A stretch of DNA of 64,000 nucleotides from an uncultured Acidobacteriota bacterium. Its GTDB lineage: Bacteria > Acidobacteriota > Terriglobia > Terriglobales > Acidobacteriaceae. The notes under the pieces are model-generated. The model did no database searches. It was not told the DNA's origin and worked only from the letters and a program-made list of their open reading frames with translations. Positions 1 through 7,784 of the stretch are shown here, one piece after another. The DNA lies in assembly GCA_963734415.1 (NCBI GenBank), contig CAVTHF010000003.1, forward strand, positions 48,002 through 112,001. Direction: 5' to 3'. Positions within the stretch are counted from its first letter, which is position 1; each line of letters begins with the position of its first letter. The translations under genes and the position numbers were made by a program.

Positions 1-506
1 TCCATCGTCTGGGTGCGAGTGAACTCGTAGGTATTGGGAAACAGATAGCCTTCCAGGGTCTTGGCTTCGGGCGCCAGATCAGCGATCAGCGAGGTCTGTG
101 ATTCGGCGGCCTTCAGGAAGTCCTGGCTCGATCCCAGGCCGGCATCCTGGATGGCCTGCGCGATTTCGAACATGTTGAAGCCTTCCGGAATAACCACGGT
201 GTGGACGTAAACATCGCCACGCACCAGGCGCTCGTGGATGTCGAGCGCGGTGGCCGTTTTGTCGAACAGGTACTCGCCGGCCTTGAGCGAGCGCTGGTGA
301 TGCAGGCGGTGCCAGACAATGAAAGCAGTCGTGCTGCGGATGACGCCGGCCGATTTCAACTCAGCGGCGATGTGGCGGGTGGAATAGCCGGGATGCAAAA
401 GCACGAACGTCTGCGCGGCCGGTGTTACCGGCGAATACAGCGCCCAGGCCAACCATCCGCCCACGGCCAACGTCACCAGAAACAGAAGCGTAAAGAATCC
501 GCGCAT
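1..506 (-). CDS. mltG: Endolytic murein transglycosylase MltG (YceG-like), N-terminal part; the 3' end lies beyond the window start
   Basis: The minus-strand frame is open from the ATG at 504-506 to the window edge. It is absent from the ORF track because no stop falls in the window. Translation: MRGFFTLLFLVTLAVGGWLAWALYSP...LKAGEYLFDKTATALDIHERLVRGDVYVHTVVIPEGFNMFEIAQ...LEGYLFPNTYEF. This gives a signal anchor followed by typical YceG motifs. Confidence 0.85.
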   Translation of the reverse strand, partial: MRGFFTLLFLVTLAVGGWLAWALYSPVTPAAQTFVLLHPGYSTRHIAAELKSAGVIRSTTAFIVWHRLHHQRSLKAGEYLFDKTATALDIHERLVRGDVYVHTVVIPEGFNMFEIAQAIQDAGLGSSQDFLKAAESQTSLIADLAPEAKTLEGYLFPNTYEFTRTQTM

Positions 507-703
507 CGTCACGTTTAGTTTAGATGACTATCTCCCCTTGGTCGTCTGCCTTTGGTCGTTGGCCATTCGTCCAAGTTGTTACTGGAGTGGCACTTTCCCG
601 CTCCTCCCTTCTACAGGATTCTCAATTGAAACCGGCAAGCGTCGGGCGGCATCGTTAATAGTACGGTCAGTCGCCGCGCGGCCCCGTGGAGAGGAGAGGA
701 TCA

Positions 704-1261
704 ATGGCCCGCATTTCAGGATTGGAGAAGAAAGAGGCGCCGTGGCACCTGCGTTGGTTCTATGGCGTGATGCGCAAAATGTTCGGGAAGGACCTGACAC
801 CAGCCAAGATTCAGATGCGTGTGCCCGGTGTGGTGTGGGGCGGCATCGCGATGGAAGCCGCCATGCGCAAGCGGCGGGTGTCGCTTCGATTCGTCCAATT
901 GGCGACCATACGAACCGCCGCCCGCGTAGGCTGCCCATTTTGAGTGGACATCAATTCTGCCGTGGGCAGAAAAGCTGGATTGAGCGACGAAAAGTTGCTG
1001 GCCGTTCGTGGAAGCCATCTCGAAGTATTCAATGATGTCGAGCGCCTGGTGATCGAACTGGCGGACGCCATGGCAACCACGCCGGCGAACATCTCAGACG
1101 ACCTGTACCGGCGTCTGCGCGAGCATTTTTCCGAAGAACAACTGCTGGAGTTGGGGTCACGAATTGCGTTTGAAAACTATCGCGCTCGCCTCAACCGCGT
1201 CTTCGACGTCGAGAGCGATGAGCTTTACGCGCCCGGAAGCGGGGACGCTGTCGCCGCCTAA
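704..1261 (+). CDS. Carboxymuconolactone decarboxylase / AhpD-like family protein with an in-frame TGA (941-943) where the second Cys of the CxxC motif is expected. Candidate selenoprotein; alternatively a nonsense pseudogene.
   Basis: ORFs 686-943 and 944-1261 are contiguous in one frame and separated only by TGA. The joined product reads ...TIRTAARVGCPF[TGA]VDINSAVGRKAGLSDEKLLAVRG...ERLVIELADAMATTP...LELGSRIAFENYRARLN, matching the CMD-family layout. The ATG at 704 is preceded by GGAGAGGAGAGGA. Confidence 0.6.
955..971 (+). promoter_or_regulatory. Candidate bacterial SECIS-like hairpin downstream of the in-frame UGA
   Basis: TTCTGCC-GTG-GGCAGAA forms a perfect 7-bp stem with a G-containing triloop. 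It is 17 nt in total and starts 11 nt after the UGA at 941-943. Confidence 0.35.
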
Positions 1262-1309
1262 GGACAGGTTCTCGCCTCCATTCACCTCTTCACGAATCGC
1301 TCCGGTCCC

Positions 1310-1732
1310 TCAACGGGCGAAATTGGGTTGAGCATTGTTCCTTGTCCTGCCGCCGAGCGACAGAATTGCGAGCACGCACCCCACTACCTCGAGCGCTAGA
1401 AGGACGAAGACGCTTGCGTTGAACCGGGCAGTCCAATCACCGGCGGCGACCATGAAAATATTATTTGCTGATGAATGCAGGAAGTGCTCATAAAGATCAG
1501 CACTTGAGGCAGCCAAGAAGAAAATCAACGACACCGCCCCAGAGAGTCTATCGCTGAGCTTCCACAACGCAATCGATACAACCAAGTGCCCAAACGTTAT
1601 CAACGTTAAGGCCAACCAACTAACGTTGTTGTTTGGCGGTGGCAGAACCTTGGCTGCAAGGAACAGGTGTACGATAGCGACGATCCAGTGTGCGACAACA
1701 ATTAATAGAGTGAGCCTGCGTCGTCTTGGCAT
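1310..1732 (-). CDS. Hypothetical membrane protein (about 4 TM helices)
   Basis: 140-aa ORF with four hydrophobic stretches (LIVVAHWIVAIVHLFLAA, LALTLITFGHLVVSIALW, AVSLIFFLAASS, VFVLLALEVVGCVLAILSL). The region is visibly lower in G+C than its flanks. Confidence 0.5.
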   Translation of the reverse strand: MPRRRRLTLLIVVAHWIVAIVHLFLAAKVLPPPNNNVSWLALTLITFGHLVVSIALWKLSDRLSGAVSLIFFLAASSADLYEHFLHSSANNIFMVAAGDWTARFNASVFVLLALEVVGCVLAILSLGGRTRNNAQPNFAR

Positions 1733-1841
1733 AGCTTGATGGTCCTTTCCTTGACGGGTCCCGGCGCCCCAGGTTCGCGCCTTTCTCGATCAGCCCTGCT
1801 GTACGATACCCGGTTTCGGGGCGCCCAACCTAGGAGAATGG

Positions 1842-2744
1842 CTAGCTCGCCAGCGGCAGAACATGCGCCACAAGCTCCTTAAGAAACTGATCGGAGTTCA
1901 TAAACATTGCAAAGTGGCCTCCGGGAATCGGTACAAATTCTTTTCGAGGAGCCTGAATCCCTTCGAGATATTTCCGGGCAAGGTCGGTCGGCGTAGTGAA
2001 ATCTTCGGTCCCTTCGAAGAAAAAGATCGGGATTGCAAACTTGAGGCCGAGTTCCTTCATGGTTTCGGACCGGGCTTGAGGCACGAGCTGTTCTCCGCTG
2101 AAAATCTGGCCATCGACGGAATCGTTGATATCTCGCACAGAACCACCGGGAGCCGCCAGAGTGAGTCCCAGGGTCCCGTAGAGGAATCGATCCGCGCCTT
2201 CAAAACGGTTCGACCACTTGCGCTGCACCTGGTAGCCCTGGCCCGATGTGTAGGGCGGCGGACCGATGCTTTTCAGCTCCCCGATGGCTGGCTGGTTGCC
2301 AATAGCCTGAGCTTTCTTCAATAAGGCTTCATAAGCCACTGTGTAACTCCGAGTTTCGTCGGCGACTTGACCGGTGCCAACGTAGGCGAAGAAAAGGTCG
2401 GGTCGGTCTCGAATCATTCGCAGACCCATGATCGTGCCAAAGGAATGCGCGAGCAGAACTACTTTGCGCTTCCCCAGATGCTTACACAGGTATTCCGTTA
2501 ATTCGATTCCATCCCGCGTCATGCGATCCAGCGTCATGGTAGGCGCAACTGATGGGCCGGATTTGCTGAGCGTCTTCCCCGCACCACGCTGGTCCCACTG
2601 AACCACCGTGAACTGCGCTTCCCACGGAGCGAACATGGCGAATGACCAGGGATTCGTCACGTCGCCCGGCCCTCCAATGGCGGCACTGTGTGGGAGGTCA
2701 GTCATGGCGCGCAACCGGTCGCAATCTACAGCTTTTGTGCACAA
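1842..2744 (-). CDS. Alpha/beta hydrolase (proline-iminopeptidase-like), apparently 5'-truncated
   Basis: Motifs WDQRGAGKT, the nucleophile elbow LLAHSFGTIMG and a C-terminal PGGHFAM are present. Family-like sequence starts only at about aa 20 (AAIGGPG, where HGGPG is expected). No signal peptide or first beta strands are present. Confidence 0.7.
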   Translation of the reverse strand: MCTKAVDCDRLRAMTDLPHSAAIGGPGDVTNPWSFAMFAPWEAQFTVVQWDQRGAGKTLSKSGPSVAPTMTLDRMTRDGIELTEYLCKHLGKRKVVLLAHSFGTIMGLRMIRDRPDLFFAYVGTGQVADETRSYTVAYEALLKKAQAIGNQPAIGELKSIGPPPYTSGQGYQVQRKWSNRFEGADRFLYGTLGLTLAAPGGSVRDINDSVDGQIFSGEQLVPQARSETMKELGLKFAIPIFFFEGTEDFTTPTDLARKYLEGIQAPRKEFVPIPGGHFAMFMNSDQFLKELVAHVLPLAS

Positions 2745-2870
2745 TCCAATTGCACTGATGGAATGTCACCTACCGGCGGGCTAATCGAAGACCAATCCGG
2801 CAATCTCTATGGAGTGACCTTCTCAGGAGGAACCTACAACAAAGGTGTCGTTTTTGAAATTACGCCCTAA
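2724..2870 (+). pseudogene. Remnant of a GloVer-type tandem-repeat protein (one terminal repeat only)
   Basis: IYSFCAQSNCTDGMSPTGGLIEDQSGNLYGVTFSGGTYNKGVVFEITP* matches the repeat unit of the gene at 62739-64000 (xYSFCSQxxCxDGxxPxxGLxxDxxGNLYGTTxxGGxxxxGxVFEL). It has no N-terminal part, and its upstream sequence overlaps the hydrolase on the opposite strand. Confidence 0.6.
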
Positions 2871-2920
2871 CTCAGTATCGCTTTACGATACCTGGGTTCG
2901 GGGCAGCCAAATCTGGGAAG

Positions 2921-3376
2921 CTAGCTCCCGCCCTTCGCCTCCATCCAACTCTGCAAAATCAGCACTGCCGCCATCTGATCCACCACTTCCCCCCGACGCT
3001 TGATCGACATCTCGGTCTCGCGCAGCAAGCGGTTGGCCTGGGCCGAAGTCAGGCGTTCGTCCCAAAGGTGCACCGGCAACTTGAAGCGCTTCCGCAAGTC
3101 CTCGGCGAAGAGCTGCATCTTCTCTGCTTGGATTCCCTCCGCCCCGCTCATGCGCAGCGGCAGCCCGACCACGATTTCCGACACGCCATGCTCTTGGATC
3201 ACTTTCTCAAGAGCTGCAAGATCCGTCCTCTTATTCTTGCGCTGGATGGTCTCTAACCCCTGTGCGGTGATCCCTAGCAGGTCAGAGATGGCTACTCCGA
3301 TTCGTCTGGCGCCCACATCAAGGCCCAATACGCGCGCCGACGTCCGTTCCGGGCCGACAGGTGGTGACGAGGGCAC
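2921..3376 (-). CDS. ruvX: Putative pre-16S rRNA nuclease / Holliday junction resolvase-like protein RuvX (YqgF)
   Basis: VLGLDVGARRIGVAISD...IVVGLPLRMSG...VHLWDERLTSAQA are classic YqgF motifs. Confidence 0.9.
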   Translation of the reverse strand: MPSSPPVGPERTSARVLGLDVGARRIGVAISDLLGITAQGLETIQRKNKRTDLAALEKVIQEHGVSEIVVGLPLRMSGAEGIQAEKMQLFAEDLRKRFKLPVHLWDERLTSAQANRLLRETEMSIKRRGEVVDQMAAVLILQSWMEAKGGS

Positions 3377-3453
3377 CTCGCGATTATATGTCGGGCAGAA
3401 AGCACCGATTTGGTCTACGATATCTCTCGCTCTAGTCTTCAGAGCGTACGTTC

Positions 3454-4539
3454 ATGGCAGACGACGAAATACAACTCGAACCCGAGGAGATCATGCCAGT
3501 GCCGAGGCCGGATCCTCCTCCCAAGACGCGCTGGCACTGGGCGCTGAACATCATTGGCATTGCCGGCATCCTGGCCTTGTGCTACTACGGCGAAGCCGTC
3601 CTCGCCGTCATTCTGATTTCGGTGCTGCTGGCGTTTGTACTGGCCCCGGTTGTGGACTTCCTTTCCTGGCTGCACCTGCCCCGCGGCCTGGCGGCTTTTG
3701 TCGCCATTGCTCTCTTGCTGGTAGCGATTGCGGGAACTGTCTACTACTCCTATAACCAGGCGGTGGTGTTGGTCCAGGACCTGCCCAAGTACACCACTCG
3801 GCTGCGTGAAGAGGTCATGCGCTTCCGCAAACAGGCGGAGAGCCTGGAAACGCTGGGCGGCGAGCCTGAAGAGAAAGGTGTGGTCAACGTCCGCTCCGCC
3901 ACCAGCTGGAACGACCTGCTCACCCGCGGCTTCGGATCCGCCTCCACCCTGCTGCTGGCTTGCTCATTTATTCCGTTCCTGACCTTCTTCATGCTGACCT
4001 GGCAGCAGCACGTCCGCTCGGCCACGGTCATGCTGTTTCCCTTAGAGAACCGCAACACCGTTTACGTCATGCTGGGCCTGATTTCGGCCATGATCCGCAG
4101 CTTCATGGTAGGTAATCTGCTGATCGGCTTGGTTCTGGGCGCCGCCAGCACGCTAGTGTTCGGAGTCCTGCATCTGCCCTTTTTCTATTTCGTGGGCTTC
4201 ATCAGCGGATTCCTCAGCCTGGTTCCCTACATGGGCCTGCTGCTCGCCATGGTGCCACCGATTTTTGTAGGCCTCGGGCACGTCCAGGTTGCCGACCTTC
4301 TGACCATGCTGGTGACCATTTTGGGACTGCACATGATCGCCCTCAACGTCCTCTACCCCAAGTTCCTGGGCAACCGGCTGCAACTGAATCCGCTGGCTGT
4401 GACCATGAGCTTGCTGGTGTGGGGCGGGTTGTGGGGAGCCATGGGCCTGGTCCTGGCCATCCCGATTACCGCCGCCATGAAGATCGTCTTTGACCACGTC
4501 GAGACCTTAAGACCCTATGGGGCCTGGTTGGGAGAGTAG
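3454..4539 (+). CDS. AI-2E family transporter (PerM/UPF0118)
   Basis: 361-aa polytopic membrane protein with the C-terminal signature LLVWGGLWGAMGLVLAIPITAAMKIVFDH. Confidence 0.85.
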   Translation: MADDEIQLEPEEIMPVPRPDPPPKTRWHWALNIIGIAGILALCYYGEAVLAVILISVLLAFVLAPVVDFLSWLHLPRGLAAFVAIALLLVAIAGTVYYSYNQAVVLVQDLPKYTTRLREEVMRFRKQAESLETLGGEPEEKGVVNVRSATSWNDLLTRGFGSASTLLLACSFIPFLTFFMLTWQQHVRSATVMLFPLENRNTVYVMLGLISAMIRSFMVGNLLIGLVLGAASTLVFGVLHLPFFYFVGFISGFLSLVPYMGLLLAMVPPIFVGLGHVQVADLLTMLVTILGLHMIALNVLYPKFLGNRLQLNPLAVTMSLLVWGGLWGAMGLVLAIPITAAMKIVFDHVETLRPYGAWLGE

Positions 4540-4705
4540 GCAAACTGCTCTCCCCCATGGAGATAGACGGCTACGCCCCAAAGGGCCCGTGGCGCGGCCT
4601 TTCTCAACGGCCATAGACAAACGGCTCAATTGCCTTTCCCCGCTGTTTTCGATAGCATAACGGTGTGCTGTTCCTCAGGTTTACCGCTCTTCCAGGTGGT
4701 CCCGC

Positions 4706-5242
4706 ATGTTAAGCAGCGACGGAAGTTTCCACATCGGCGACAAGGTCGTTTACCCTAACCACGGCGTTGGAATTATTGAGCAAATCAGCAGCCGCACCAT
4801 CGGCGAGACCGTGGAAAAGTTCTACCTCCTCAAGATCAAAGCCAGCAGTCTCAAGGTGATGGTGCCCTTCAACAACGTAAATATGGTGGGGCTGAGACGG
4901 GTCATCAAGAACGGCGACATCCAGAAAATCGTTGATTTTCTGCAGGATGGCTCGGCCGACAGCAACGCGGACTGGAAATATCGCTACAAAGAGAATTCCG
5001 AGCGCATGCGCACCGGGTCTTTGCTGGAAGTCGCGGTGGTCTTGAAGGGCCTGATTGCGCTTAACCAGGCTAAGGCACTTTCATTTCGGGAAAAGAAGAT
5101 GCTGGAGCGCGCCCGCTACCTGCTGGTCAGCGAACTGGCCATGGCCAAAAATTGCGAAGAGCCGATGGTCGAAGAGTTACTGACCAAAGCCTTGAGCAAG
5201 AACGGCCTGCGCTTCCCGGAAGCTTCCGAGTTTCAAGCCTAG
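4706..5242 (+). CDS. carD: CarD/CdnL family RNA-polymerase-binding transcriptional regulator
   Basis: FHIGDKVVYPNHGVGIIEQI...EKFYLLKI...LKVMVPFNN is the CarD_CdnL_TRCF N-terminal domain. A helical C-terminal domain follows. Confidence 0.9.
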   Translation: MLSSDGSFHIGDKVVYPNHGVGIIEQISSRTIGETVEKFYLLKIKASSLKVMVPFNNVNMVGLRRVIKNGDIQKIVDFLQDGSADSNADWKYRYKENSERMRTGSLLEVAVVLKGLIALNQAKALSFREKKMLERARYLLVSELAMAKNCEEPMVEELLTKALSKNGLRFPEASEFQA

Positions 5243-5251
5243 CAAGATCTT

Positions 5252-5321
5252 CACCACAGGGGACACAGAGGTTCACAGAAGGAAGCCGTCGGCAAGTGGC
5301 TTTGTGAAGCTTTGTGTTTCC
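5252..5321. repeat. CACAGAGG-type imperfect palindromic intergenic element
   Basis: The left arm CACCACAGGGGACACAGAGGTTCACAGAAGG faces the right arm CTTTGTGAAGCTTTGTGTTTCC. It lies between carD and greA and belongs to the same family as 8621-8648, 9898-9956, 13381-13398 and 17330-17357. Confidence 0.6.
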
Positions 5322-5342
5322 GAGGTTTATAATTCCTTTCGC

Positions 5343-5819
5343 ATGACCGAGTTGATCAAAAAGAAGCTGCAGGACGAGATGAACGCGCTGGAGCACGAGC
5401 TCGTCTACGATCTTCCCAAGGAAATCAAGCGGGCTGCCGCGCTCGGCGACCTCAGCGAAAACGCTGAATATCACATGGCCAAACAGCGCCAGGAGTTCGT
5501 CAAAGCCCGGCTGCGCCAGCTCGGCAAACGCATGGCCGACTTGTCTTTAATTAACATGGACAACATTCCTAAAGACAAGGTGGGGCTCGGTTCCACGGTC
5601 AAGGTCTACGACAACTCGAAGAACGAGGAAATGGAATACAAGCTGGTGACCACCGAGGAATCCGACGTGGCAACAGGAAAGATTTCGACCAGTTCGCCCA
5701 TTGGCCGCGCGCTTCTGAACAAGAAGGTCGGCGACACCGCCACCGTGGTCACTCCCAACGGAAAGCGCGAATTGGACATTCTGACTCTGAGCACCATCCA
5801 CGACGAGGCCAGCGCCTGA
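5343..5819 (+). CDS. greA: Transcription elongation factor GreA
   Basis: MTELIKKKLQDEMNALEHEL...GDLSENAEYHMAKQRQEFVKARLRQL...STSSPIGRALLNKKVGD. The internal ATG at 5343 was chosen over the ORF-track start at 5304. Confidence 0.9.
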   Translation: MTELIKKKLQDEMNALEHELVYDLPKEIKRAAALGDLSENAEYHMAKQRQEFVKARLRQLGKRMADLSLINMDNIPKDKVGLGSTVKVYDNSKNEEMEYKLVTTEESDVATGKISTSSPIGRALLNKKVGDTATVVTPNGKRELDILTLSTIHDEASA

Positions 5820-5820
5820 C

Positions 5821-6459
5821 ATGGCCACCACCTGGACCTCCGCCTTCGGCCGGGCCTGTGGGAAGTTGCTGAATATCATCGTCCGCTGGCTGGCGCTGTC
5901 GCGCATCAATCCCAACGTGCTGACCTTCATGGGCCTGGTGGTCAACACCGTCGCCGCCATTCTCTTCGGATACGCCAACAGCGAAAATCAGGCCCGCCTG
6001 TTCTTCTATGCCGGCCTGGTCATCATCGGGTCCGGCTTTTTCGATCTAGTGGACGGCGAGGTGGCCCGCGCCACCAACCGCGTCACCCGCTTTGGCGGCT
6101 TCTTCGATTCCGTCATCGACCGCTACAGTGACGCTTCCCAGTTCCTCGGACTGCTGGTGTTCTACGCCCGCGGCGAGCGCTTTGTGTACGTGGTGCTGGC
6201 GGCGTTCGTGATGGTGAGCGCCATCATGGTCAGCTATACGCGGGCACGCGCCGAGTCGCTGATCGGTTCCTGTCGCGTAGGATTTCTGGAGCGTCCGGAA
6301 CGGCTGGTGCTGGTGATCATCGGAGCATTATTCAACCGCATGGCACCGGTGCTGTGGCTGATCGCCGTGCTTTCGACGATTACAGTGATTCACCGCATGC
6401 GCTACACCTGGACCCGGACACAGGATTCGCCGGTCGGGGCGAAGGGGCAGGCCGCGTAG
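5821..6459 (+). CDS. CDP-alcohol phosphatidyltransferase family protein
   Basis: DLVDGEVARATNRVTRFGGFFDSVIDRYSD fits the D-G-x2-A-R-x8-G-x3-D-x3-D signature. Several TM helices are present. Confidence 0.8.
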   Translation: MATTWTSAFGRACGKLLNIIVRWLALSRINPNVLTFMGLVVNTVAAILFGYANSENQARLFFYAGLVIIGSGFFDLVDGEVARATNRVTRFGGFFDSVIDRYSDASQFLGLLVFYARGERFVYVVLAAFVMVSAIMVSYTRARAESLIGSCRVGFLERPERLVLVIIGALFNRMAPVLWLIAVLSTITVIHRMRYTWTRTQDSPVGAKGQAA

Positions 6460-6486
6460 GCCAAGCAGCATGAACTTTTCCAGGCC

Positions 6487-6512
6487 GTGTGGGGCGGACA
6501 CTCTTGTCCGCC
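6487..6512 (+). repeat. REP hairpin copy a (GTGTGGGGCGGACACTCTTGTCCGCC)
   Basis: 8-bp stem GGCGGACA/TGTCCGCC with a CTCT loop, preceded by GTGTGG. It is an identical core to the copy at 7162-7187. Confidence 0.85.
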
Positions 6513-6513
6513 A

Positions 6514-6762
6514 AACGACCGGGTCACTACATCTCTCGCGTTCTGCTATACGCGCCTGTCCAATGGGTTCTCGCGGAAGCTGGCGAATCACGCGGCTGCG
6601 ACGGCCCTCAATTATTTCGCCTACAATTTCATTAAGATTCACCGTACACTGCGGATGAGTCCGGCAATGGCGGCTGGCGTCACAGATCGGTTGTGGAGCG
6701 CGGAGGATTTGGTAGCCCTCTGGGAAGCCTACGAGCAACGGAGGGCGGAAAGAGCGGCGTAA
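6514..6762 (+). pseudogene. C-terminal remnant of a transposase (IS1-family-like, from memory of similar fragments)
   Basis: ...YTRLSNGFSRKLANHAAATALNYFAYNFIKIHRTLRMSPAMAAGVTDRLWSAEDLVAL... resembles only the last ~80 aa of such transposases. There is no catalytic domain, and homology begins immediately after REP copy a. Confidence 0.5.
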
Positions 6763-6930
6763 ATGAGCACCCTCAAATTGATTGGCGGATGCTTGCTGCT
6801 GCTCGGAGCAGTCTGGTGCGGCTGGCGGCTGATGTTGCTCGGAGCTGCTTGGCGGAATACTTGGCGACAGAGGGTGCTTGGCAAGCCTGAGCCGCCGATC
6901 AGCATTTTCAACGATGAGGATTCAAAGTAG
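6763..6930 (+). CDS. Possible small membrane protein (55 aa)
   Basis: The ATG directly follows the TAA of the preceding remnant. Product: MSTLKLIGGCLLLLGAVWCGWRLMLLGAAWRNTWRQRVLGKPEPPISIFNDEDSK, with one TM helix. No recognisable family and no clear RBS. Confidence 0.25.
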   Translation: MSTLKLIGGCLLLLGAVWCGWRLMLLGAAWRNTWRQRVLGKPEPPISIFNDEDSK

Positions 6931-6938
6931 CCCACTAC

Positions 6939-6983
6939 CAACGTCAACGTCAAGAGCGGCGGACAAGAGTGTCCGCCCCACAT
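6939..6983 (-). repeat. REP unit b (extended about 45 nt, inverted orientation)
   Basis: CAACGTCAACGTCAAGAGCGGCGGACAAGAGTGTCCGCCCCACAT is the reverse complement of the plus-orientation REP core plus a GTCAAC-rich tail. Confidence 0.85.
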
Positions 6984-6986
6984 AGG

Positions 6987-7031
6987 CAACTTCAACGTCA
7001 ACGGCGACGGACAGGAGTGTCCGTCCCACAC
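6987..7031 (-). repeat. REP unit c (variant, tandem to b)
   Basis: CAACTTCAACGTCAACGGCGACGGACAGGAGTGTCCGTCCCACAC, with the compensated stem variant GACGGACA/TGTCCGTC. Confidence 0.85.
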
Positions 7032-7161
7032 AGGCAGAGACAAACCCAAAGGTCCTATCCCCTGTCGATTAGTATTGGGCCAAACATCTTCGCCGACAGG
7101 GGTGTCCTCGCCATGAGTTGTTCAGCCGTCACAGACAAGATTGCAGTCCGATGCGATGCTC

Positions 7162-7200
7162 GTGTGGGGCGGACACTCTTGTCCGCCGCTTTTGACTTGG
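7162..7200 (+). repeat. REP unit d
   Basis: GTGTGGGGCGGACACTCTTGTCCGCCGCTTTTGACTTGG: a perfect core hairpin with a degenerate GTCAAC tail. Confidence 0.85.
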
Positions 7201-7207
7201 TTTTCCT

Positions 7208-7684
7208 TTGCCCAAACCGACTGCTATCGCCAGGTTGTACGGGTACCGCCGGAAGCTGCCTCACTATCAGAAAGCTGACCGGCCGCTATTCGTAACGTTT
7301 CGCAAGGGCAGCCGATACCCTTTCCCGCCGGAGGCACGGGACGCTGTCCTTCATCACTGTTTGCATGATCACGGGAGGCGTTATCGACTTCATGCGGCGG
7401 TAGTGATGCCAGAGCATGTGCATTTGCTGCTGACACCGTTGCGCGATGAGACGAGCTGGCATTACTCTCTGTGCTCAATTTTGAAGCTGATCAAGGGAAC
7501 GTCGGCTCGAAGTGTCAATAAACTTTCGGGGTCGGGCGGGCCGGTGTGGCAGGAGGAGTCATTTGACCATGTGTTGCGGTCGCAGGAAAGCTTCGAAGAG
7601 AAACTGGAATACATACGGCAGAACCCGGTGCGGCGGGGACTGGTCACGAGGCCTGAGGACTATCCATGGCTTTGGGTTGAGTAG
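7208..7684 (+). CDS. REP-associated tyrosine transposase (RAYT; IS200/IS605-like Y1 HUH transposase)
   Basis: YRRKLPHYQKADRPLFVTFR is the typical RAYT N-terminus. MPEHVHLLLTP carries the HUH motif (HVH), and YIRQNPVRRGLV carries the catalytic Tyr. Confidence 0.85.
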   Translation: MPKPTAIARLYGYRRKLPHYQKADRPLFVTFRKGSRYPFPPEARDAVLHHCLHDHGRRYRLHAAVVMPEHVHLLLTPLRDETSWHYSLCSILKLIKGTSARSVNKLSGSGGPVWQEESFDHVLRSQESFEEKLEYIRQNPVRRGLVTRPEDYPWLWVE

Positions 7685-7689
7685 GACCC

Positions 7690-7740
7690 GTGTGGGGCGG
7701 ACACTCTTGTTCGCTGCTCATGACTCTGCTTTTGAAAGTG
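7690..7740 (+). repeat. REP unit e (degenerate stem)
   Basis: GTGTGGGGCGGACACTCTTGTTCGCTGCTCATGACTCTGCTTTTGAAAGTGG. The second stem arm is mutated (TGTTCGCT). Confidence 0.7.
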
Positions 7741-7784
7741 GGGCAGTGCCTCGACCTAGAGTCAAGCCCTTCAGCATTGCAAGG

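Noticed and set aside
113-518. Track ORFs 113-319(-) and 201-518(+) at the window start
   Set aside because: Both overlap the much better-supported minus-strand mltG frame (ATG at 504-506, open to the window edge). Their translations are Arg/Ala-rich shadow sequence.
6939-7031. Tandem ~45-nt repeats as a possible mini CRISPR array
   Set aside because: There are only two adjacent units with a 3-nt gap and no spacers. The units are hairpin REPs found in both orientations around a RAYT gene.
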